Shown here: piece by piece, positions 19,043 to 28,413 of the stretch
How the letters are laid out: the number at the start of each line of letters is the position of its first letter
Position numbering within the stretch: the first letter of the stretch is position 1
Origin: Roseinatronobacter sp.
GTDB lineage: Bacteria; Pseudomonadota; Alphaproteobacteria; Rhodobacterales; Rhodobacteraceae
Assembly (NCBI GenBank): GCA_022565265.1
Contig: JAIUNA010000001.1
Coordinates: 1-40,672 of the forward strand
DNA: 40,672 nt
Direction: 5' to 3'
Program-made: the position numbers and the translations under genes
The notes under the pieces: generated by a model
Databases searched by the model: none
Seen by the model: only the letters and a program-made list of their open reading frames with translations
What the model was told of the DNA's origin: nothing

Positions 19043-20163
19043 CGACCACACAAACCTCCGGGCAAATAAATGTTATGGTTGTGGACGATTCCACATCTTC
19101 CCGCGTTATGTTGCGCCGCATTATCGAGAGTGATGCCAGTTTGCGCGTCTCGGCCATGGCGCAGGATGCCTTTTCAGCGGCGCATCTAATGAAATCAGAA
19201 TTGCCCGATGTGATTTTGCTGGATCTGGAAATGCCGGGCATGGATGGAATGACATTCCTGCGCCGGATCATGCAGCAACATCCCTTGCCGGTTGTGATCT
19301 GTTCATCGCTAACAGAAGAAGGGTCGCGCCGCAGTGTAGAGGCGATGGAAGCGGGCGCTGTCGATGTGATCCGAAAGCCGGAAATGCATGATGCCAATGC
19401 CCGTGCCGAGGCCACGATGCGCATTTGCGATGCGCTTCATGCCGCCGCAGCTTCGAATGCGGCCCGGCGGCCCGTGCCGATGCGTGCCCAAAGGCCTCTC
19501 CTGGCCAGCCCCAAACTAACTGCGGATGAAATTCTGCCCCCCCCCAATTTTCGCCGCCCGGTCGCGCCAGCAGAGTTGGTTGTCTGTATCGGGGCATCTA
19601 CCGGCGGCACCGAAGCGTTGCGCGAAGTGCTTTGCGCGCTTACGCCAGAGGCCCCACCCATCGTGGTCGTCCAGCACATGCCCAAGGGGTTTACCGCAGC
19701 CTTCGCGCGGCGTCTTGACGGATTGGCACAGATCCGGATCCGAGAGGGCGAAGACGGGATGACCGTTGCGCGCGGCGAAGCGATCATCGCACCGGGTGAC
19801 AGCCATATGTTGCTGCAACGCAAAGGTTCCGGCTATCAGGTTCAGGTACGCGGCGGCCCTTATGTGTCGCGCCATCGCCCCTCAGTCGATGTTCTGTTTC
19901 GATCTGCGGCCATTGCCGCAGGACAAAACGCGCTGGGCATCATTCTGACAGGCATGGGCGATGATGGCGCCATGTGTCTGGGCGAGATGCAACGCAGCGG
20001 CGCGGTGACAATCGCGCAGGATGAAGCGAGTTCGGTTGTCTATGGCATGCCGCGCGAGGCTGCACGACTGGGCCACGCGCACCATATCTTGCCGCTTGGC
20101 CGGATTGCCCCCATGATTATGGGCTTTGCCGCGGGTAAGATATCATTGGGAGGTGTCGCATGA
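19039..20163 (+). CDS. cheB: Chemotaxis methylesterase CheB (receiver plus esterase)
   Basis: VDDS, LDLEMP, GASTGG, VQHMP, LTGMGDDG. Start ATG 19039 overlaps the cheR stop. Confidence 0.96.
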   Translation: MTTTQTSGQINVMVVDDSTSSRVMLRRIIESDASLRVSAMAQDAFSAAHLMKSELPDVILLDLEMPGMDGMTFLRRIMQQHPLPVVICSSLTEEGSRRSVEAMEAGAVDVIRKPEMHDANARAEATMRICDALHAAAASNAARRPVPMRAQRPLLASPKLTADEILPPPNFRRPVAPAELVVCIGASTGGTEALREVLCALTPEAPPIVVVQHMPKGFTAAFARRLDGLAQIRIREGEDGMTVARGEAIIAPGDSHMLLQRKGSGYQVQVRGGPYVSRHRPSVDVLFRSAAIAAGQNALGIILTGMGDDGAMCLGEMQRSGAVTIAQDEASSVVYGMPREAARLGHAHHILPLGRIAPMIMGFAAGKISLGGVA

Positions 20164-21875
20164 GTCTGGATGATCCGATCCTCACGGGCGCGCCGGGTGC
20201 GCTGCGCCCTTTCGACGCCCTGCTGGACATTTCAGAAGAAGCCTTTCTCAAATCCGGGCAATTTCTGGAAGAGAGCCTTGTGCAATTGCATGTCTTGCGC
20301 AAGACATTCGGCTCTCTGGATGAGACCCTTGGGCCAGGCGCGGATGCACAACTCAAGACCTGGATTGCCGATATTACCGCGCAGGGTGCCGGGTTGCGTG
20401 GCGGTTTCGCGCAGATCAGCGAAACAACACGCAACTTGCGGGCGGTTATGGTGGGAATGCGTGCAGAAATGCGCGATCTCGGGGCGATCATCAAACTGAT
20501 CGCCAATGTGTCGATCAATGCCCGCATTCAGGGAAACAGCCTTGTACGCCAGAGGCACCAGATCACATCCTTTATCGAAACACTGGGCAATCTATCGGCC
20601 AAGGCGGATGCAATCCTTCTGCATGTGACAGAGGCCATGGCAGCCACACTTCAGGCAGTATCCGATATCGAGGCCGCACAAATCGCGCTCTCGAGCGAAT
20701 TGCGGAACACAACATTTCCCGCAATTGCCCGGTTCACCGATCTCGCCCGCAGTATCGGAGATGAACAGGCCGATTTGCACAGCGCCTCGATGATGATCGC
20801 GGCGCAGGTGGAACTGGCCTCTCATGATGTCGCACGCCTCGTGACTTCCCTGCAAATGGGCGATACGCTGCGCCAGCAATTGGAGAATGTCCATTCCGCT
20901 TTCACCTTGGCCGGGCAAGCGCCAAATGAAAAGAGCCTGTCCTTTCATCTGGGTGCCGCCTTGGCACAAGGCGCGCTGGACGCCGCATTGCCAGCGATTG
21001 ATGATGCGCTTGATGCATTGGACGCGGTCGCACGGCGTGGAATGGAGATCACGCATGCCGCTGCAACGTCGTCTTTTGCACATGGCGCGCTGCGCAATGC
21101 GCAAACTGGCGAAAGCCATTTTGAAACATTCCGGAACGGGCTGGAAAATGTACGCACGCAATTCCGCGCGATGCAATTGGCCGCAGAACGCGCACGCGCC
21201 CAGATCGAAATCATCCTGCACAGTAATCCGGCATTGCAACGGATCGCACAGGATCTGCGTGTCGCCGGAATAAATGCAGTAATCACCTGTGCAAAACTGG
21301 GTGAGGAGGGACGATCGCTGCGCGAACTCGCACAATGGCTGCGCAGCGTGACAGATGAATGCGATGGCACGATGCTGCGTCTGGAGGTGGCGTTGGAAAC
21401 GTCGCGCAAGGCCGTGTATAGCGCCAGCGATGATCTGATCAGCCAGTTTGATATCAATCTTGGCAGTTTTCTGGGTGTTGCCACCGATTTGGGTGGAGCA
21501 ATAAACACTGCCCATACTGCGCTTTTGCAGGCTTCCGGGCAGTTTGACATTGCCTCTCTCATGCTGTCGCGCAAAATCACATTGTCGCGCCATGAATTGG
21601 CCAATTTGCGCGCGCAGATCCAGGACAGTGCACCTGCACTCGCAACTCTGCGCCTGCTGGGGTCATTCACCCCACAGCCTGACCCAGAAACAGCAAGCGC
21701 CATCGAGTATTTGGCCAATATACGGAAAAAATATACGATGGTGTCTGAACGAAACCTGCATGATCATCTGGTTGCAAGCCTATCAGGCAAAATGCCCGAC
21801 GCTGACAGTTTTTCGGCTGCGGCAAAGCCTGAGAACCCGGCAGAGCTGGATGATCTGGCTGATATCTTGTTCTGA
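20160..21875 (+). CDS. Soluble coiled-coil chemotaxis-associated protein with two degenerate MCP-tip-like segments
   Basis: ATGA-coupled to cheB; no obvious TM segment; SINARIQG and GINAVITCAKLGEEGRSL resemble ALNAAIEAARAGEAGRGF; LQMGDTLRQQLENV; ends DDLADILF. Confidence 0.7.
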   Translation: MSLDDPILTGAPGALRPFDALLDISEEAFLKSGQFLEESLVQLHVLRKTFGSLDETLGPGADAQLKTWIADITAQGAGLRGGFAQISETTRNLRAVMVGMRAEMRDLGAIIKLIANVSINARIQGNSLVRQRHQITSFIETLGNLSAKADAILLHVTEAMAATLQAVSDIEAAQIALSSELRNTTFPAIARFTDLARSIGDEQADLHSASMMIAAQVELASHDVARLVTSLQMGDTLRQQLENVHSAFTLAGQAPNEKSLSFHLGAALAQGALDAALPAIDDALDALDAVARRGMEITHAAATSSFAHGALRNAQTGESHFETFRNGLENVRTQFRAMQLAAERARAQIEIILHSNPALQRIAQDLRVAGINAVITCAKLGEEGRSLRELAQWLRSVTDECDGTMLRLEVALETSRKAVYSASDDLISQFDINLGSFLGVATDLGGAINTAHTALLQASGQFDIASLMLSRKITLSRHELANLRAQIQDSAPALATLRLLGSFTPQPDPETASAIEYLANIRKKYTMVSERNLHDHLVASLSGKMPDADSFSAAAKPENPAELDDLADILF

Positions 21876-22744
21876 GCAGCCACGCGGCAGCGACAGGCAA
21901 ATAACGCTCGACTTGGATTTTCTTTACTCAGACACGCCGCGCCCGCAGCGCTTGGGAGCACGCGACAGCAGAACGACGCAAAAGCACCGCGATGAAAAGT
22001 GCCAATCCGGCATTATCGCAGATGGCAAGGGAGCAACGATTGACACCCCTCGCGGATGGCACGGGCGTGTTGCAAAACGTCATGCCTTGTCACGGCGCCG
22101 CATGCACCGATTTGCCCCTGACGCAGGCAGCGCTTATCACTCTAGCGTGGAGGGCTTGCGCACATGTCTCAGTGAACTTTGCTGTATCGCTCCCTTTGAC
22201 CACAAAGGTTGATCACTTCTCCCCATGCGCATTAAGGCCTTCGTCGCCCTTTGTTGTTTGGGGCCGTGTTGCCGACATTGCCCAATTTATCCGCAAACAG
22301 ATCTGATACACATTTGTGCGAGCTATTCTCAGCAAGACTCTGCACCAGAGCAGGCCCGCAGGTTTTGATGGCTTTGCCCCCAATCCCGTTTTGATGGCAA
22401 CGCCACTGGTGCAGATTGCGTATCACCATCAAAAAGCACCCCAATGCCAAGGCACTCTGCCTACGCGTCTTAGACTGCAAAAGCAAAAGCACAGACCCGG
22501 TTACAAGGCTAAATGCGCGTTTCAGACATATGCGAGAATGCCCCCGGCAAAACCGGAGGCACTTATTGGAAAAGGCGGCGCCTTGTCCTTGGCAGCAGTG
22601 ACTGGCGCGCAAGCAGATTGGGGCGGGCAGGATGATCTGTCAGTTTATCGCTATCTGGGCCAAATCTGATGACATTTCAGATCACACCTTGCCCTAAGCA
22701 CCGCACCAAAGCGATTCAGGGGCCACAAAAACGCTGGAACAGAC

Positions 22745-23719
22745 CTAATGTGTCAGATGCGCTGAGATGGTAAAGCCATTTTCCGTGAACCATCGCACAG
22801 CGCCGGGATGAAATTTTAGAAAAGTATTGTGAACATGGTTTTGAGGCAGGGTATCCTTCCCGGCAGCGTGGATTTGCCGAATACGGGGATTGTTTTCCAT
22901 CACAAGCTTTGTAATCTCATAGGCCAAGCTCTCCGGCATCTTCGCATGCACGATCGCAAAATTCCACATGCCAAATGTGACCTGATTGGCCTCTTGAGTT
23001 ACGTAGATGTTGGCGGGAACCATCGCATGTGCGAATTCGGGGAATTCAGACAGGATTTTTTCTTGCTCTTGTCCTGAGACGGAAAAAGGGCGCGCGCCAA
23101 GTTCGGCCGCCAACGCACTGAAGGTTGAAACCGGCAGCCCCCCTGCAAACAGAAACGCATCCAGCGTCCCGGCTTTCAACTGTTCTGCCGCTTCAACTGC
23201 GGTTGTGTTGGTGACCTCCGCTTTGATATCAAGCGCCTCAAGAATGCGTGGCCAATAGGTGCCCGGCGTGCCGCCAGACGGCCCGACACTGATCCGCTTG
23301 CCCTGCAAATCTGCAAGCGATGTGATCTCCGCCTCAGGCAGTGCGATGCCCTGAAACACGGTTTCATACATCGGAAACAGGGCGCGCACATTGTCGTGGG
23401 GCACGCCATAGGCCAACTCACCCTCTCCGCGCAATGCTTCCAGCATCGGCCCCATTGTGACAAGGCCGATATCGTTGAGCGCCATTTCGATCAATGTCGC
23501 GTTATGGCCTGTGCCGCCCGTCGCCTCTGCGCGGGTTGGAACGCCCATATCATTTGTGATCAACGCGGCCAGCCCTTCGCCGTAAACATGGTACACCCCA
23601 CCGGCGCCAGCGGTTGCAATGGACAGGGCATTCGGCCAATCTGCCCGATCCTGTGCTTGCGCCAAAGAGCCAGATACAAGCGCAATCATGGCCAGAATGG
23701 CATATTTCGTAAATCTCAT
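22745..23719 (-). CDS. TAXI family TRAP transporter solute-binding protein
   Basis: Signal peptide, IATAGAGGVYHVYG, LRALFPMY-like VRALFPMY, GKRISVGPSGGT, FHPGAVRWF. Start MRFTKYA at 23719. Confidence 0.9.
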   Translation of the reverse strand: MRFTKYAILAMIALVSGSLAQAQDRADWPNALSIATAGAGGVYHVYGEGLAALITNDMGVPTRAEATGGTGHNATLIEMALNDIGLVTMGPMLEALRGEGELAYGVPHDNVRALFPMYETVFQGIALPEAEITSLADLQGKRISVGPSGGTPGTYWPRILEALDIKAEVTNTTAVEAAEQLKAGTLDAFLFAGGLPVSTFSALAAELGARPFSVSGQEQEKILSEFPEFAHAMVPANIYVTQEANQVTFGMWNFAIVHAKMPESLAYEITKLVMENNPRIRQIHAAGKDTLPQNHVHNTFLKFHPGAVRWFTENGFTISAHLTH

Positions 23720-23860
23720 CGGTAATTCCCCATAATAAATTCTGAAATCGCCCATCTGCCGTAGCTATGCGCCATGTGCCGGGCTGTTTCGGGGAATCTA
23801 GCCGGAAAATCCTTACAGATCGTTGATGCCCACTCGTGGATGCATCGGGCACGTGCAGGA

Positions 23861-24253
23861 TCAGAGCGCCGCTGTCACTTCCACTTCAACCAGAAATTCC
23901 GGGCGCGTAAAGCCCGATACAATCACCAAAGTCGAGGCTGGCGGAATTGGGCATTTTGCAAAAAACGCATCACGCGCTGCCATATATCCCGCCATATGTT
24001 CCCGCTGCGTGACAAAGGCATTCACCCGCAGCACATCTGCCGCCCCTGCCCCTGCTTCAGCCAGAATGGCTGCGATATTTTCAAAACACAGCGCTGCCTG
24101 TGCTTCTGCCCCTTCGGGGATTGAACCATCCTTGCGAATGGGCAACTGCCCGGATGTCAGGATCAAACGTGAAATATCAGCACGGCTGCGCCCATGGGCA
24201 TAGCGCGCAAAAGGCGGGTGCAGGCTATTTGGGTTCAGCAAATCCATGGTCAC
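23861..24253 (-). CDS. RidA/YjgF/UK114 family protein
   Basis: YAHG, LTSGQL, PPASTL, FLVEVEVTA; 130 aa. Confidence 0.9.
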   Translation of the reverse strand: MTMDLLNPNSLHPPFARYAHGRSRADISRLILTSGQLPIRKDGSIPEGAEAQAALCFENIAAILAEAGAGAADVLRVNAFVTQREHMAGYMAARDAFFAKCPIPPASTLVIVSGFTRPEFLVEVEVTAAL

Positions 24254-24333
24254 AGACGTTCTCCGTTATGCTTTGCCCAGTTTACGCCGTGAAGTTTGAT
24301 TCTGCCCGCGCTTCTGCCACAGGGCGCAGAGAA

Positions 24334-24350
24334 TGCCAGATTTTCAGGCG
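24334..24350. promoter_or_regulatory. NtrC-box-like site in the ridA / ABC operon divergent region
   Basis: TGCC-AGATTTTCA-GGCG (reverse complement CGCC-N9-GGCA), about 130 bp before the binding-protein start. Confidence 0.5.
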
Positions 24351-24480
24351 CGGCCATCACAAGGCGCTTAAAAAATGTCCAAAGTTTTGCCTCCCCCGTC
24401 TGGAACACAGGCGAGCGCTTGGAAATGATCGGAAGGCAGAGAGGATGGTGAGGTCTTTGACTTTGAACAGGATGTCATCC

Positions 24481-25467
24481 ATGCGCTCTCTTGCCACATG
24501 CTGCTCTGCCCTTCTTGCAGTCTCCAGCCCAGCACTTGCCCTTACCCCGGTTACGTTTGGTACAAACTGGCTGCCTCAGGCCGAACATGGTGGGTTTTAT
24601 CAATCTGTCGCCGATGGCACTTATGCGGCCTGCGGTTTGGATGTGACCATTATTTCGGGCGGGCCGCAGGTAAATAACCGCGCCCTTCTGATGGCGGATC
24701 GAATTCAATTCCACATGGGGGGCGATTTGTTGCAGGCCTTCAATGCGGTGGCCGAGAATATCCCTGTCGTGGCGGTGATGGCCTCGTTCCAGAAGCACCC
24801 ACAAGTGATCATCTCGCACCCCGGCGAGGCCGATACTTGGGAAGAGTTGAAAGATCTGACCCTTCTGATCGGGGATGCCGGTTTTGCATCTTATTACCAA
24901 TGGATGATCGAAGCCTATGGCTTTACCGTAGAACAGCGCGAACCTTACACCTTCAACCCCGCACCATTTCTTGCCGATAAACGCAAAGGCATGCAGGGTT
25001 TCCTGTCATCCGAGCCTTATGCAATCCTCAAAGAAGCGGGCTTCATGCCCAATGTTTTCCTGATCGCGGATGCGGGCTATTCTACCTATGCAACCACCGT
25101 GGAAGTCATGCAAAGCACGATCGACACCAAACCCGAAGTGGTGGAGTGCTTTGTAAACGGGTCGATCCTTGGCTGGTATAACTTTCTCTATGGCGACAAT
25201 ACCGCCGCCAACGCCCTCATCCTTGAAGCCAATCCCGACATGACACAGGATAAAATTGATTTTGCCATCTCGATGATGATCGAGAACGGCATTGTCGATA
25301 GCGGGGATTCGCTGGAGCTTGGGGTTGGCGCGATGACACCAGAGGCTGTGGAAGGGTTCTATACGGCGATGGTGGATTCCGGGGTCGTGCCAGAGGGGCT
25401 GGATTGGGCAACAGCGGTTAATTTTGACTTTGTGAATGCGGGCTTGGGTCTGGAATTGCGGCCCTGA
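24481..25467 (+). CDS. ABC transporter substrate-binding protein, NMT1/THI5-like
   Basis: Signal peptide ending ALA, then FGTNWLPQAEHGGFYQ, GLDVTI..GGPQVN, QGFLSSEP. AGGA RBS supports the start at 24481. Confidence 0.9.
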   Translation: MRSLATCCSALLAVSSPALALTPVTFGTNWLPQAEHGGFYQSVADGTYAACGLDVTIISGGPQVNNRALLMADRIQFHMGGDLLQAFNAVAENIPVVAVMASFQKHPQVIISHPGEADTWEELKDLTLLIGDAGFASYYQWMIEAYGFTVEQREPYTFNPAPFLADKRKGMQGFLSSEPYAILKEAGFMPNVFLIADAGYSTYATTVEVMQSTIDTKPEVVECFVNGSILGWYNFLYGDNTAANALILEANPDMTQDKIDFAISMMIENGIVDSGDSLELGVGAMTPEAVEGFYTAMVDSGVVPEGLDWATAVNFDFVNAGLGLELRP

Positions 25468-25517
25468 AACTGCGCCCGGTTCCCCCCCTTCCCCTCTGCC
25501 TCTGAAACGGAGCTATT

Positions 25518-26297
25518 ATGCAAAGCCTCCCCTTGGGTCAGCGCCCCGCCGTGCTGGATATGTCCAATGTGACAAAAACCTTCAATGGCAATGTGATGGC
25601 CCTGCGTGAAATGAATTTGTCCGTGAATGCGGGTGATTTTATATCGCTTCGGGGGCCATCTGGCTGCGGCAAATCCACAGCCCTGCGGCTTATCGCAGGG
25701 CTGTCCAGCCCCAGTTCGGGGCGGATTACATGGGCGGGGGGCCAATCCGAAAATGATCTGGGGGTGGTATTTCAGGAACCAACCCTGATGCCTTGGGCCA
25801 CTGTGGCGCAAAATGTCTGGCTGCCGTTCCGGCTGAAGGGCAAAAGCTATGCCTCTGTCAAAGACGAGATACTGGAAGCGCTGCGCCTTGTAGGCTTGGA
25901 GAAATTTCTGGATGCCTACCCGCGCGAATTGTCGGGGGGCATGAAAATGCGTGTCTCCATCGCGCGGGCAATGGTGACAAAACCGCGCCTTATCCTGATG
26001 GATGAACCCTTTGCCGCACTGGATGAAATCACGCGCTTTCGGTTGAACAATGATCTGTTGAAGCTGAAGGCAAAGATCGGTTGCACGGTGATCTTTGTTA
26101 CCCATTCGGTGTTTGAATCGGTGTTTTTGTCAGATCGGATTGTGGTGATGGCCGCCCGTCCGGGCCGTGTAATCCGTGAGGTGCAGGTTCCCGCCCCCTA
26201 TCCGCGCGACGAGGCATTTCGCACCTCTGCCGAATATGCGGCCCTATGCCGTCAGGCGTCAGAAGCGCTGCATGATGCGATGGGAGAACATGTATGA
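25518..26297 (+). CDS. ABC transporter ATP-binding protein (NitT/TauT type)
   Basis: GPSGCGKST, VFQEPTLMPW, LSGGMKMR, LMDEPF, FVTH. Confidence 0.96.
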   Translation: MQSLPLGQRPAVLDMSNVTKTFNGNVMALREMNLSVNAGDFISLRGPSGCGKSTALRLIAGLSSPSSGRITWAGGQSENDLGVVFQEPTLMPWATVAQNVWLPFRLKGKSYASVKDEILEALRLVGLEKFLDAYPRELSGGMKMRVSIARAMVTKPRLILMDEPFAALDEITRFRLNNDLLKLKAKIGCTVIFVTHSVFESVFLSDRIVVMAARPGRVIREVQVPAPYPRDEAFRTSAEYAALCRQASEALHDAMGEHV

Positions 26298-27142
26298 GCA
26301 TTGCCGAAAACCAGCCGCTTTATGATGCCGAAGACCTGAAGCGCCTGCGCGCCGCACGCTTTGACCGGTTTGGCAAATGGCTGCTGCCTGTGGCTGTCAT
26401 GATTGTGATGATCTGGTTTTGGGACAGGCTGGTGGTGTGGAACAACATTCCCCATTTCATCTTGCCGCGTCCGGGGCTTGTGCTGCAAACGCTGATCAAT
26501 GACTGGCCGATGCTGTTTGATGCGCTGATGGTCACGTTGCAAATTACGCTGATGGCACTTGCAGTGGCCGTGATTGGCGGGGTGGGGCTGGCGGTTTTGT
26601 TCACCCAAAGCCGCCTTGTAGAGATGTCTTTCTACCCCTATGCCGTGATCTTGCAGGTAACGCCCGTTGTCTCTATCGCGCCGCTGATCTTTATCTATGT
26701 CGATAGCCGCACGGCCGGGCTGTTGATCTGCGCGTGGCTTGTGGCGTTCTTTCCGGTGCTGGCCAATACCACTTTGGGCCTGAATTCGGCAGATCACAAC
26801 CTGCGCGATCTGTTCCGCATTTATGGCGCAAGCCGCTGGCAAACCCTGCGCTATCTGCGCCTGCCCTCGGCCCTGCCCTATTTCCTTGGCGGTTTGCGGA
26901 TTGCAGGGGGGCTGGCGCTGATTGGCGCAGTGGTGGCCGAATATGTGGCGGGGACAGGCGGTATTGGCTCTGGTCTGGCGTTCCGTATTCTGGAAGCGGG
27001 GTATCGGCTGAACATTCCGCGCATGTTTGCGGCTCTGATCCTGATCGCGGTTACTGGGGTCATCATCTTTGCCGGTCTCTCTTTCCTCAGCCATATGCTA
27101 TTGCGCAAATGGCATGAAAGCGCAGTGAAACGAGAAACATGA
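26294..27142 (+). CDS. ABC transporter permease (NitT/TauT type)
   Basis: ILPRP, LQVTPVVSIAPL, YGASRWQ..LRLPSALP, GAVVAEY. Confidence 0.95.
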   Translation: MSIAENQPLYDAEDLKRLRAARFDRFGKWLLPVAVMIVMIWFWDRLVVWNNIPHFILPRPGLVLQTLINDWPMLFDALMVTLQITLMALAVAVIGGVGLAVLFTQSRLVEMSFYPYAVILQVTPVVSIAPLIFIYVDSRTAGLLICAWLVAFFPVLANTTLGLNSADHNLRDLFRIYGASRWQTLRYLRLPSALPYFLGGLRIAGGLALIGAVVAEYVAGTGGIGSGLAFRILEAGYRLNIPRMFAALILIAVTGVIIFAGLSFLSHMLLRKWHESAVKRET

Positions 27143-28413
27143 CAGATTTCAAAACCCTTCCCACCTCTGGCCCGTTCCGGCTGGAGAATATCACTGTGCC
27201 CGCCTGCCTGTTGGGGCAGGAGGGCGGGCTAATCCGCCACAGCCTGACGATAGAGGCGGGGCAAATATCCGCCAACCCCGATGCGCCGCGTATAGATATG
27301 GGCGGGGCCATGGTACTGCCCTGCTTTGTCGATATGCATACGCATCTGGACAAGGGCCATATCTGGCCGCGCGCGGCCAATCCCGATGGCAGTTTCATGG
27401 GCGCGCTGGAAACTGTGGGCGCAGATCGTGAAATGAACTGGAGCGCGGGCGATGTGCGCGCACGCATGGATTTTGCGCTGCGCTGCGCCTATGCCCACGG
27501 AACACGCGCCATCCGCACCCATCTGGACAGCCTTGCCCCGCAAGACGCCATTTCATGGCCCGTCTTTGCCGAAATGCGCGCAACATGGGCCGGGCGGATT
27601 GATCTGCAAGCCGCAGCACTTGCGGGGGTAGACCGGATTGACATGTCTGGCGATTATGCCCGCACTGCCGATATTGTGGCCGAACATGGCGGGGTTTTGG
27701 GCCTTGTGACCTATCCCATTCCGGGGCTGTCAGAGCGGCTGCGCGCGTTTTTCGGGCTGGCCACAGCGCGCGGGCTGGAGGTGGATTTTCACGCCGACGA
27801 AACTGGCGATCCCGGTGCCGCCACCCTGCGCCTGATTGCCGAAACAGTGCTGGAACTTGGCTATGACAAGCCTGTCACCGTGGGGCATTGCTGCTCTCTT
27901 GCTGTGCAACCAGAGGCAGAGGCCTTGCACACCCTCGATCTGGTGGCAAAGGCAGGGCTGAACATCGTCTCTCTGCCCATGTGCAACATGTATTTGCAAG
28001 ATCGCACTGCCGCGCGCACCCCGCGCTGGCGCGGTGTGACCTTGGTGCATGAGATGAAGGCGCGCGGGATCAATATAAGCTTTGCGTCAGACAATACGCG
28101 CGATCCGTTCTATGCTTATGGGGATCTGGATATGATAGAGGTGCTGCGCGAAGCCACGCGCATTGCCCATCTGGATCATTCCGATCCCGATTGGATTACC
28201 GCTTTCCTTGCCAATCCCGCCCGCGCCTGCGGTTTTGCCGCCCCCAGCCTTGCACCGGGTGCGCCTGCCGATCTGGTGATCTTGCGCGCGCGCTCTTGGG
28301 GCGAGGCGCTTTCTCGCCCCCAATCCGATCGCATCGTGCTGCGCCAAGGCCGCGCCATAGATCGCACCCTGCCCGATTACGCCGAACTTGACCATCTGAT
28401 GAGGATATCATGA
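27139..28413 (+). CDS. Cytosine-deaminase-like amidohydrolase (possible pterin/heterocycle deaminase)
   Basis: DMHTHLDKGH, HGTRAIRTH, FHADE, GHCCSL, ASDNTRDPF. Confidence 0.88.
   Translation: MTDFKTLPTSGPFRLENITVPACLLGQEGGLIRHSLTIEAGQISANPDAPRIDMGGAMVLPCFVDMHTHLDKGHIWPRAANPDGSFMGALETVGADREMNWSAGDVRARMDFALRCAYAHGTRAIRTHLDSLAPQDAISWPVFAEMRATWAGRIDLQAAALAGVDRIDMSGDYARTADIVAEHGGVLGLVTYPIPGLSERLRAFFGLATARGLEVDFHADETGDPGAATLRLIAETVLELGYDKPVTVGHCCSLAVQPEAEALHTLDLVAKAGLNIVSLPMCNMYLQDRTAARTPRWRGVTLVHEMKARGINISFASDNTRDPFYAYGDLDMIEVLREATRIAHLDHSDPDWITAFLANPARACGFAAPSLAPGAPADLVILRARSWGEALSRPQSDRIVLRQGRAIDRTLPDYAELDHLMRIS

Noticed and set aside
22057-22073. TGGCAC...TTGC resembling a sigma54 promoter
   Set aside because: GG-to-GC spacing is 12 nt rather than the required 10.
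22416-22601. 61-aa ORF starting RITIKKHPNAKALCLRV, faintly like a YgjP-type N-terminus
   Set aside because: Similarity does not continue, there is no HExxH motif and no clear RBS.
24100-24480. N-terminal extension of the NMT1-type binding protein
   Set aside because: Overlaps ridA and the promoter region; the signal peptide and RBS point to 24481.
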